A DNA stretch of 64,000 bases, from the sequence record OV032902.1; one strand, given 5' to 3'. A program made the translations under genes and the position numbers. Positions 45,734 to 54,084 of the stretch are shown one piece after another. Numbering within the stretch: position 1 is the stretch's first letter; each line of letters opens with the position of its first letter. A model generated the notes under the pieces. That model was not told where the DNA came from. It was given only the letters and a program-made list of their open reading frames with translations, and did not search any database.

Positions 45734-48298
45734 TTAATCTACATAACCAGCGTGCATTGCGAACTTGAACCAGTGACGTGCATTGGTATCAGGGTCGAAT
45801 ACAATATCTGTACCAGTGTTGTTAATGATCTGGAATTCAGCACGGATGTACGGAACGCCAGAAGCATTTTCGATAACACGGTAACGAGGGTTAGTAACAT
45901 GTACTAGTTGATCTAACGGTGGTTGATCGTCCCAACTTTCACCCGGGTCAGTCTTCAGAGATTCGTGGTAAACATAGTTCATTGTGATAGAAACATTTTC
46001 CCAATCGAAATCCTCAGCAGAAATACCGCGAGGGAAGTTAGTCAGAGAGATAAACGCTTCGTAAGGTTCATCAGCCTTAAGAGTCTTACCCTTCAGGTTG
46101 ATTGCCTTGCTTTCGTAGCTAAGTACGTTCATGATGAACTGATCAGTAATACCGATGCCATCTGCTACCGCTGCTACGCTCTTACCAGCGCCAGGGGCAT
46201 TTGCATTCTTAGCCGAGAAACGCATCTTCCAGTCAAACTCTAACTGGCCATCCCAAGGAGTCTTATCGTAGACCCATGGACGGAATACGTATTCACGTTG
46301 ACCACAGAACAAACCTTGGAATTCACCGATGTTCGAACCAGCAGGAGACTGTACGTCACCACCTAGTCGTTCGTGCTCTTGGTAAGCGGTCAAGTGCAAC
46401 AGGTGAATAGATTTGCTTCGTGTCTCTACTAGGGAACCAAACACGTCACTACGAGGGTGAGTGATATGGTTCTTAGACATAGCAGAGTAAACGTTAGAAT
46501 CCGCGTTAGTGTCCGCAGCTGTTTCTTCTAGGTAGCGCATCTTACACATTGTGTTACGACGAATATCCGTAGATGTTGTCGTAAAGTTAATGTCGTTAGA
46601 GAACGCACGAGGAGTTACAGCTAGACATGCAGACCAACGACATGGGTTCCAGTCAGCTTTGTCTTTAATAGCAGACGTACCGAATGGGTCGATGTTGTGC
46701 GCATCAAAGTGTTTCTCTGCCGATACACCATTACCAGTAGTACCACGAGTACCAAAGTAGAAAGCACCACCACGGTTACCGAACGTATCGAAGTTACCGA
46801 TGTCGTTAACTGAAGCAATGTATGTGTATTTAGCGTGAGTAACAAGACGACCATCTGGAGTAGGCCATTGACCTTTATCACGGGTGTTCATAGACGTTTG
46901 GTAAGCATCACGTAGATACATGCCCCAACCGCCGTTGTTAACCGCACCACAAGAAGTCCAAGTGTTGTGCATCAAGTCTTCGTAACCAGCAGGGTTGTAC
47001 CAGCCATCAAGGCCATTGTTACGACCTAGACATAAATGGAACGTATTGTACGCACCATCGATAAGCAACCAACCATTCCAAGGCATGTAGTCACAAAGAA
47101 TGTTAGTGAACTTGTTGTAAGATGAACGTGCTTGTGAGTAGAACTTACCTTCCAAGAACGGAGTCATCTGTGAAGCAGCAGAAGGGTACGACTGTAGGTT
47201 GTACAGAGAAACTTCAACAGTTTCAGTGCCAGCAGGTAGACCGCCAGGTACAACAACAGTAGTAGTCGTATCGCCTTCAGCAATAGGCTTATGATAAGCA
47301 CGCTCTTCACCAGCATTCGGCATGTAGTCAGCATCCACATCAGGACGAGAAGTACATTGACGGTTCTTAGCGAAGATACCTACAACACCGCCGCCTAGTT
47401 TAGCACCAACGTTAGCCATACGAAGAATTTCTACACCCGATGCATCAAAAGCACGTACCCAGCGAACTAGCGGGATGTCAATTGTGTTATCTGGGATAAC
47501 TTCTTCTGGCGTGCTGAAACCACCAACTTCAGGAACGATGATTTCTGCATGGCCACCAGCAGTAGTAGAGAAAGACGTTAGTCCTTCCCAAACGTTTGGC
47601 TTAGCAAAACGCTTCTGTGGGAAAGTGTTGTTTTGAGCCGCCCAGTATTGCTGCGTTGAAGGAGCAGTAGTTGGACCAGCAATTGCAGGAAGAGGAGGAG
47701 TATGACCTGTAACGATGCCGTTACCGCCGTCGCCTTCTTGCTTAAGTGTACCGATAACAGCAAAGTCACCGATGTCAGCAGAACCACATTGGGTACGGAT
47801 ACCATCGTTGTCATTGCCGCCAATAGGCATGAATGCCGTAGCGTATTCGATAAGGCCTTGTAGAGCATCGCTCGACGCACCAGCAATCTGCTTACGACGA
47901 ATGAATGAACCTTGACCTTTAAACTTACCCGAGCCTACAGGGATAAGTAGGTTACCGACGATCGGGAAATAACCACGACCAACGACAACATTGAATTTAG
48001 CGTTGATACTAGTAAGATCAACATCTAAGCCGTTTTCATCTTTAGTACCTAGGGCTTGTTCTAGCTTGAGCTGGTTACGTTCTGCCATCGCAGTACCTGC
48101 AATAGGGTCGATAGCAAAATTGATTTCAGCTTCTTCTTTAGTTTCGCCTAGGCTTTCAAGAAACACTGTAACATCACCCTCTTCAGCCGAAGCCTGGATG
48201 ATGTCAATCATCGCGTTGATAACATTCGCCAGGTCTTCACCTGTTGAGTTACCAGTGTCACCCAGAATGCCAGCTGTAATTTTATTGAGTTGTGTCAT
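45734..48298 (-). CDS. Putative tailspike/depolymerase-like virion protein, 854 aa
   Basis: N-terminal STGEDLANVINAMIDI anchor helix, then AMAERNQLKLEQAL...VVVGRGYFPIVGNLLIP...FKGQG, typical of the entry to a right-handed beta-helix; Gly/Asn/Trp-rich body. Confidence 0.55.
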   Translation of the reverse strand: MTQLNKITAGILGDTGNSTGEDLANVINAMIDIIQASAEEGDVTVFLESLGETKEEAEINFAIDPIAGTAMAERNQLKLEQALGTKDENGLDVDLTSINAKFNVVVGRGYFPIVGNLLIPVGSGKFKGQGSFIRRKQIAGASSDALQGLIEYATAFMPIGGNDNDGIRTQCGSADIGDFAVIGTLKQEGDGGNGIVTGHTPPLPAIAGPTTAPSTQQYWAAQNNTFPQKRFAKPNVWEGLTSFSTTAGGHAEIIVPEVGGFSTPEEVIPDNTIDIPLVRWVRAFDASGVEILRMANVGAKLGGGVVGIFAKNRQCTSRPDVDADYMPNAGEERAYHKPIAEGDTTTTVVVPGGLPAGTETVEVSLYNLQSYPSAASQMTPFLEGKFYSQARSSYNKFTNILCDYMPWNGWLLIDGAYNTFHLCLGRNNGLDGWYNPAGYEDLMHNTWTSCGAVNNGGWGMYLRDAYQTSMNTRDKGQWPTPDGRLVTHAKYTYIASVNDIGNFDTFGNRGGAFYFGTRGTTGNGVSAEKHFDAHNIDPFGTSAIKDKADWNPCRWSACLAVTPRAFSNDINFTTTSTDIRRNTMCKMRYLEETAADTNADSNVYSAMSKNHITHPRSDVFGSLVETRSKSIHLLHLTAYQEHERLGGDVQSPAGSNIGEFQGLFCGQREYVFRPWVYDKTPWDGQLEFDWKMRFSAKNANAPGAGKSVAAVADGIGITDQFIMNVLSYESKAINLKGKTLKADEPYEAFISLTNFPRGISAEDFDWENVSITMNYVYHESLKTDPGESWDDQPPLDQLVHVTNPRYRVIENASGVPYIRAEFQIINNTGTDIVFDPDTNARHWFKFAMHAGYVD

Positions 48299-48915
48299 TT
48301 GTGAATCTCCAACTGATTGTGAATTTCAAGATCACGATGTAGCTCGCCCAATGTAGAGCCAGCTTGGTAAAGTGATTCGATATTTGGGTCTGTGTCCTTA
48401 GGACGTCTCATTCGATTCTTGGTCCTTGTAGGACGACCCAACTCGATGATCATAGAATCACCAAGTACAGTAGATTCTGCACCACCTGTATCAGAGTAGT
48501 ACGTAACATCGGTAAGGGTATATTCAGGACGCACAAGAACCCACTCTTTGCGCTTGAACGGACCTTTACCAGGAGCACGACGAATGTAGACATTACCACC
48601 AACAATGGCTAAGTCTTCATCTGCGTAGTACTTTTCAGGGTCGAAGGGAGCTACATAAGCCGTACCTGATTCTAAAGGTAGTAGAGTACCCTCAGTAACA
48701 GCACGATAAAACTTTCCTTCTTTACTTAGCAATGAACCCAGAAAACGACGAACGTAAGTTTCGCTTTCTGTAATCGCTACTTGGGTTTCAACATTAGTGC
48801 TGAAGTCCGCAACCAAGCGACCATGAAGATCTTTACTAACGATATAGTAATTGGTATTCTCGATAGTTCCATCTGTCTTGAATAACGCCAACCTTAAAAT
48901 AAGTTCATTTTTCAT
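48295..48915 (-). CDS. Adaptor/anchor protein, 206 aa (third paralog)
   Basis: Same AGTAGGTGTC leader as 31657; PFDPEKYY.DED...GG.VY.RR.PG.G.F...EW.LV motif. Confidence 0.75.
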   Translation of the reverse strand: MKNELILRLALFKTDGTIENTNYYIVSKDLHGRLVADFSTNVETQVAITESETYVRRFLGSLLSKEGKFYRAVTEGTLLPLESGTAYVAPFDPEKYYADEDLAIVGGNVYIRRAPGKGPFKRKEWVLVRPEYTLTDVTYYSDTGGAESTVLGDSMIIELGRPTRTKNRMRRPKDTDPNIESLYQAGSTLGELHRDLEIHNQLEIHK

Positions 48916-48947
48916 TACGACACCTACTTCGTTGAAAAAGATTTATA

Positions 48948-48966
48948 GGTCTTTCCTGAGACCATA
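48948..48966 (-). promoter_or_regulatory. Putative late promoter (TATG) with +1 hairpin
   Basis: Minus strand AAATCT-TATG, then G(+1)GTCT-CAGGAA-AGACC. Confidence 0.55.
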
Positions 48967-48992
48967 AGATTTGATTTGAAACAAATGTTAAT

Positions 48993-49018
48993 TCTATATT
49001 ACTGACATGGTTATTCAT
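48993..49018 (+). promoter_or_regulatory. Putative early promoter
   Basis: TCTATATTAC-TGACATGGTTATTCAT ahead of RBS and ATG 49036. Confidence 0.7.
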
Positions 49019-49035
49019 TCATAAAGGAAAATATA

Positions 49036-49980
49036 ATGTATTTCGACCCATTGAAAGAACTTCAGATCACTGAAGGCAACTTGGAATCAACTGACTACCC
49101 TCGCGGTACTTGGTTCCGTTGTGCCGAGTTTAACTGTATTCCTCGCGGTTGGAAATTCCATGCTAAAGACAAAGTAGCTCAATGGCTGCCTACTCGTCTT
49201 TTGGCTCTAGACATTGACGAGGTTTTAACAAACCAAGCAACTGCGTCTCGTTTAGATTCTACGCCAACAATCTGTCCTGCTAAAGTTTCTATGTTAGTGG
49301 AGCTTTGTCTGCGATTCGATCTTAAAGTGTTTCTGTGCAGCACTTGGGCATCGCATTCTAAAACTGGTGTAGGAAATAAAAAGACTCTAGAAGCTATGGG
49401 CTTTCCGCCTAAAGTCATCTTTGAAGAAAGTCATGCGTTCCGCAAGGATGCAGCATATCGTGGAGTTAATCTTCATAATATGCTTAGCCTTCCGGAATGT
49501 AATCACGTTATCGACTATGTCATCGTAGACGATAGTCAAGATTACCTTCCGTACCAACTTGACCATCTAGTGCATGTTTCGGCATTGGATGGTTTCACTG
49601 TAACTGACTTCGAAAAGATTGAGGCATACTTCGGTTTTGCGGCACCTCATCTTTCAGGTCAGCTAAATGCGACTATGGGACCACGTCGTTATGGTTACAG
49701 CCTAGGTTATTTTAAGAAGAATCTTCCGACCTATGATTTCCATAAGTCAGAGTTCTATCCTGGTGACTACTTTGTCTTCGCAGACACTGTATTCTGTGCC
49801 ACGTCCCGTATCCTCAAAACAGATAGTCCGCTTCGTCTATCTGGTGCACATGCAAACTGTCGTGTAGTGACAATAGCAGAAATTGCACAAAAGGGTCATT
49901 ATGACTTCATGAAGCGTCAAGGTGTTGACTGGGAATTATACAAACCAATCAAGTTCCCTAAAAACATCGAAGTAAAATAA
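49036..49980 (+). CDS. HAD-superfamily protein (resembles the 'Swiss Army Knife' RNA-repair-type HAD domain)
   Basis: LALDIDEVL (DxD motif I), FLCSTWA (SSxW-like motif II), YVIVDDS (motif IV), HVSALDGFT. Confidence 0.65.
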   Translation: MYFDPLKELQITEGNLESTDYPRGTWFRCAEFNCIPRGWKFHAKDKVAQWLPTRLLALDIDEVLTNQATASRLDSTPTICPAKVSMLVELCLRFDLKVFLCSTWASHSKTGVGNKKTLEAMGFPPKVIFEESHAFRKDAAYRGVNLHNMLSLPECNHVIDYVIVDDSQDYLPYQLDHLVHVSALDGFTVTDFEKIEAYFGFAAPHLSGQLNATMGPRRYGYSLGYFKKNLPTYDFHKSEFYPGDYFVFADTVFCATSRILKTDSPLRLSGAHANCRVVTIAEIAQKGHYDFMKRQGVDWELYKPIKFPKNIEVK

Positions 49981-50013
49981 TTTGTACAACCCGACATATA
50001 AAGGAGAATCATT

Positions 50014-50316
50014 ATGTCAATTTCAGCGCAAACTCTAAACCTTCTAGCAAAAGATTCTGAAGGCACTCGTTTCTTTAAAGTTATCGGCAAGAAAGACGGC
50101 AAGATCACTATCTCTGTTGACCCTCAAAATGAACTGGGTGTTGAAGAAGTAACGATCAAAATGCCTGAAGGCCTAAAAGCAAAAGTAAACGACAAAGTTG
50201 CGATCACGCTAGACGGCGACAAGCAGAAGTTTGAAGTTACTAGCAAAGAAGCAATCGGCAAAACTAGCCGTTCTTCTACGCCTCGTCACAGCATGGATTC
50301 TAATGCTGGTATGTAA
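50014..50316 (+). CDS. Hypothetical small beta-barrel-like protein
   Basis: 100 aa, AAGGAG RBS. Confidence 0.7.
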   Translation: MSISAQTLNLLAKDSEGTRFFKVIGKKDGKITISVDPQNELGVEEVTIKMPEGLKAKVNDKVAITLDGDKQKFEVTSKEAIGKTSRSSTPRHSMDSNAGM

Positions 50317-50324
50317 TACCCGTC

Positions 50325-50365
50325 CATCCTCTGCCTTCGGGCAGGGGATGTCTTATTCTTTTTTC
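50325..50365 (+). terminator. Intrinsic terminator
   Basis: CATCCTCTGCC-TTCG-GGCAGGGGATG followed by a T tract. Confidence 0.85.
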
Positions 50366-50380
50366 TAATAAGGACTTGCC

Positions 50381-50959
50381 ATGACAACTATAGTCGCCAT
50401 TAACGGTTACCTAGCCGCTGACCAAAATCATGCCTCCTATCAAAACTTGCCACGTTACGTTGCTCAGAAAATGCACGCCTCAGAACACAATTCAATTATG
50501 GGTGCAATCTACGGTGACTCTACATCGCTGGCTGAACTTTACCAGATGTCTACTCTTTTAGAAATCTACATGCATCGCTGTCGAACAAAAGACGAAGAGC
50601 TAAAAGAGAAATGTGCCGAAGCAGCCGATATGCTTAAGAAGATAGTCGGACATAACGACTTCCTAGCTATTCAGAAATGTGGAGAAGATATTTTGACGAT
50701 TCACGTTGCTGACGGGGGAGTTGATCTTCCTTGGCGTGAAGACGGAATTGCTTTTGGTACGGGATGCTTCATTGCTAAGGCTATGTATCATATCCAAAAA
50801 CAAAACGATGAGTTTGACATCCGTGAGATCATGGGACACTGCATTGCCATTGACCCTCAAACTGGCGGAGGTTATACAGTCTGCAACGGAGAAACGTTGT
50901 TTGATGCTCGTGACCTCACTGACGACGATATCCGTAAAGCAATTGAGAAGGCGATGTAA
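50381..50959 (+). CDS. Ntn-hydrolase / HslV-proteasome-subunit-like protein
   Basis: M-TTIVAINGYLAAD (N-terminal Thr after Met removal), IAFGTG (GSG-like), IDPQTGG (D..TGG). Confidence 0.65.
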   Translation: MTTIVAINGYLAADQNHASYQNLPRYVAQKMHASEHNSIMGAIYGDSTSLAELYQMSTLLEIYMHRCRTKDEELKEKCAEAADMLKKIVGHNDFLAIQKCGEDILTIHVADGGVDLPWREDGIAFGTGCFIAKAMYHIQKQNDEFDIREIMGHCIAIDPQTGGGYTVCNGETLFDARDLTDDDIRKAIEKAM

Positions 50960-51495
50960 TGACTAACTTTATTCTTATGTTTCGCAAGAAACTAATTGTC
51001 CCTGCCACAATGGCAACTCGTAACAATATGGCGTCTGATAGTCCATCTATCCGTCGTACTGAATACGGTACATCTATCTTTGGCTCAGTAGTAGATCTGT
51101 CTTACTACAACTTCATTAAACGTGGTACTGTTGAGAACTTATGTACGGCAAACAATAATGCTCGTCCTCAGTTCGTTAACGTGCTGCCTGACGGTACGGT
51201 TGAGTTCCGTACAATAGACGCCAATGACGATCGTGTGCGCGAAGCAATGATGACATTCACTCCTGAAGATGATCTCATCGTTTGTTTTGCTCAACAAGAC
51301 AGTCGCATCCAAGTTCTTGAAACTCTCGGTTACAAGTACGAGTACGGTCAAGAATACAAACTCATCGAGATGATGGAAAATATGTTCCCTAGCATGGGTA
51401 AGTACATCGTCGTAGATATTGCAACTATGGCTAAGAAAGCTGTAGCTAATAAACCACAACCACGTCCAATCATAATTAAGCGTCAATACAAATAA
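50959..51495 (+). CDS. Hypothetical protein
   Basis: 178 aa, TAATG coupling. Confidence 0.7.
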   Translation: MTNFILMFRKKLIVPATMATRNNMASDSPSIRRTEYGTSIFGSVVDLSYYNFIKRGTVENLCTANNNARPQFVNVLPDGTVEFRTIDANDDRVREAMMTFTPEDDLIVCFAQQDSRIQVLETLGYKYEYGQEYKLIEMMENMFPSMGKYIVVDIATMAKKAVANKPQPRPIIIKRQYK

Positions 51496-51506
51496 GGAAT
51501 ACTATC

Positions 51507-52391
51507 ATGTGTAAGAAAACTTGCGGTAACTGTGAATCTGGCTGTAAACGTACAAAGATGATGGTTTTTTCTCATCTCAACAAAAAGCATGAAGAAAATC
51601 TTCAGAACCTAATGTCTAAAAACTTTTATCTGGTTAAAGACAATGCGGCTCTTTTGGCTTTCCCTAAAGAAAACAAATATGCTTATGCGGGTGACATGTT
51701 TGACATGGAAGACAAGATCAAAGAAGGTTGGACTTTGCAGTATGGTCTTAAGTACTACCACAATCAACTGTTCGAACTGCTTAAATTCATTCGTGGAATG
51801 GACATTAAGTTGGTACTTGATGATTGGGAAGGCATTGAGATTGATTATGCAAAATATACTGACGAAGCTCTTTGGGAACTTTCTCGCATGCCTACGACTC
51901 TGCATGACTTCCGTCTTAAAGGTCTGGACCTTACCGTTGGCCAGGTAATTCTTGATAATCATTGTTTTAATGCTGAAGTACTGCTCAACGTTATCAAGAA
52001 CGATGATCGTGAAATCACGTACAATGATTATGTCATGATGTGCGGTAACTATGGTCTAATGCCTGAGATGGTTCCACTGTTTAAAGTTAAAGTGAATACC
52101 AAGCCAGCTGTATTGGACTATGCGGTACATCGCTTTACTATAGGCAGTAAGTCTTACCTTCTTGAGCAAACGATGCTACAGCGCCCTGGTGTTTGCAATG
52201 ACTTAAAAGCATGTTACTGGGAAGAAGGTACCGATAATCTAATCGATCTTCCTGACACTGCTATCCCTTCAACCACGATTAGTAATCGTGACGTAATCAC
52301 GTCTACTATGGGAGTTCTTTCTGCACATAGTGGCGACTTCACTTCTTACAGCTACGAGGCTATTTTATGGAACAATACTACGGATTCTTAA
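51507..52391 (+). CDS. Hypothetical protein with N-terminal Cys cluster
   Basis: MCKKTCGNCESGC; AAGGA RBS. Confidence 0.7.
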   Translation: MCKKTCGNCESGCKRTKMMVFSHLNKKHEENLQNLMSKNFYLVKDNAALLAFPKENKYAYAGDMFDMEDKIKEGWTLQYGLKYYHNQLFELLKFIRGMDIKLVLDDWEGIEIDYAKYTDEALWELSRMPTTLHDFRLKGLDLTVGQVILDNHCFNAEVLLNVIKNDDREITYNDYVMMCGNYGLMPEMVPLFKVKVNTKPAVLDYAVHRFTIGSKSYLLEQTMLQRPGVCNDLKACYWEEGTDNLIDLPDTAIPSTTISNRDVITSTMGVLSAHSGDFTSYSYEAILWNNTTDS

Positions 52392-52819
52392 TTTGGTTCC
52401 TGGGCTTAGTTGCCTGGGTTTCTATTTTCATTGCTATGTACAGTAAATGGCGAGCAGTTCAAATGCTCGTCGAGTACATGGCCCCTGGACCACGTTCTTA
52501 TGAACAACGTCAAAATACGCTGGCCTATATTAAGACGCGCAACGAACACGAGGCGCGTTTTCCTCATGGGACTATCCGTTACAGCGAAGATACTTTCATT
52601 ATCCTCAATGCTGACGGAAGCGGCACATTACATGTACGTGACGTATCTATCGAAGAAGTCTTTCAGAAAGAGTGGCCTGGTCACAAGGAAGACTTTGCTC
52701 ACATGCATGTAACAGCAGAAGACATTGCGTTCTTCGAAAAACAACTTTGGTCTGATTTGTCAGCCAAGCTCCATTTCTCAATCAAGAAAAAAGAAGGTGA
52801 TGTATGCGTGGTTTCTTAA
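52367..52819 (+). CDS. Membrane-anchored hypothetical protein
   Basis: N-terminal TM (GFLIWFLGLVAWVSIFIAM). Confidence 0.7.
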   Translation: MEQYYGFLIWFLGLVAWVSIFIAMYSKWRAVQMLVEYMAPGPRSYEQRQNTLAYIKTRNEHEARFPHGTIRYSEDTFIILNADGSGTLHVRDVSIEEVFQKEWPGHKEDFAHMHVTAEDIAFFEKQLWSDLSAKLHFSIKKKEGDVCVVS

Positions 52820-53361
52820 CCGACTCTCGCTCAGAAGTCGTAGAGGTAGTTTTCTGTGAACGCGATGGTGTTCCGTTTGAAGCACGTTACGGTGCTACTC
52901 GTCTAGACATTACAACTGAAATGGTAGACAGCGAAAGTTTCATCGTTATTCCTGCTGACCAAGAAGACATAGAAGGCGCAATGATCAGCACTAGCTTTGG
53001 CACGTATGTCATGTACAAGACCGAAGACGGCTGGACTGCTACTCATGTCGGAAAGTTGATTAGTGCAAACGGCAACGGCATGAAGATGACTTATCGCATC
53101 ATGGATGAGAAGGCTACGTTCCGCCGTGTCGAAGGCATGCCATGGCCACGTGACATTCAGCGTGCGGGTATCGCTACTTGTAAACGTTTGGGTCACAAGG
53201 TACATTATCTCTTTGACAGTGTTCCAAATCACCTGCTTGACTTAGAACAAGACGATTTGACTCTAACTCTAACAAGCGAACGTACTACTCCTTGGGGCAA
53301 AAAGTACACCACGTCGAACATGGATACCATCCGTCAATTCCTGATGGACTATCACGTTTGA
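52804..53361 (+). CDS. Hypothetical protein
   Basis: 185 aa, AAGGTG RBS. Confidence 0.7.
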   Translation: MRGFLTDSRSEVVEVVFCERDGVPFEARYGATRLDITTEMVDSESFIVIPADQEDIEGAMISTSFGTYVMYKTEDGWTATHVGKLISANGNGMKMTYRIMDEKATFRRVEGMPWPRDIQRAGIATCKRLGHKVHYLFDSVPNHLLDLEQDDLTLTLTSERTTPWGKKYTTSNMDTIRQFLMDYHV

Positions 53362-53374
53362 TAAATCATTAATC

Positions 53375-53384
53375 TCTATATAAC
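53375..53384 (+). promoter_or_regulatory. Possible early promoter variant (TCTATATAAC)
   Basis: One mismatch to TCTATATTAC; intergenic, ahead of GAGG RBS and ATG 53421. Confidence 0.45.
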
Positions 53385-53420
53385 CTAATTGCATATCCAC
53401 CAATAAACGAGGAAAAACAT

Positions 53421-54020
53421 ATGCCAGCTCATACAGACTTCGGCGCTTCACTTACTTCACATGGCCCTACAAAAGTTTTCACCCAGGTTAAAGACAACAA
53501 GCGTGCAGACTTTACTATTCACGGCGATGATGTTCAAGTAGTCAACGGCGTCATTCTTGTGGACGGTAAAAAGTTTACTGCTCAGGAAATTGTCTACTCT
53601 CTTATTTCGGGCAATGAAGAATTGGTTAATATCCCACCAGGCATTCACATCGGTGAGCTTCTGGGTGTTAACCAGAACTATGTTACTTTAGCTTGTATGG
53701 CTCCTTTCTCTGGTCGTGAAGAGCTACGCGAAATTAACATCAAGTTCGAAGACCACGCCATCTATCATATCAATCTCATGTTCAGTCCGTACATCGCACC
53801 TGGTGAGACTTTTACGATTGATGGTACTAAATACGTTGCTCTGCAAGGCGTAGCATGGTCACTGTCTCATATGGCAGTAGCTTCTGATACTAAAGCAGAA
53901 ATCGTAACAACCGCATCAGTAATGAAATGGCTCCTTGAAGAAGAGATGATTGCCCCATTGGGTAAAAACATCACCATTCAAGAAAACGCCGATTCTCTAC
54001 TTGTTGTAACTAAGCGCTAA
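53421..54020 (+). CDS. Hypothetical protein
   Basis: 199 aa, GAGG RBS. Confidence 0.75.
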   Translation: MPAHTDFGASLTSHGPTKVFTQVKDNKRADFTIHGDDVQVVNGVILVDGKKFTAQEIVYSLISGNEELVNIPPGIHIGELLGVNQNYVTLACMAPFSGREELREINIKFEDHAIYHINLMFSPYIAPGETFTIDGTKYVALQGVAWSLSHMAVASDTKAEIVTTASVMKWLLEEEMIAPLGKNITIQENADSLLVVTKR

Positions 54021-54036
54021 GCGCATCCTTAATAAC

Positions 54037-54065
54037 GCCCTCTGCGGAGGGCATCTTTCTTTTCT
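54037..54065 (+). terminator. Short intrinsic terminator
   Basis: GCCCTC-TGCG-GAGGGC followed by ATCTTTCTTTT. Confidence 0.65.
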
Positions 54066-54084
54066 TATCGTTGGAGATAACATC

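Noticed and set aside
31091-48915. Diversity-generating retroelement or invertase-driven shufflon acting on the adhesins
   Set aside because: No reverse transcriptase or recombinase motif in the window, no near-identical template/variable repeat pair and no flanking inverted repeats noticed; a trans-acting element elsewhere in the genome cannot be excluded
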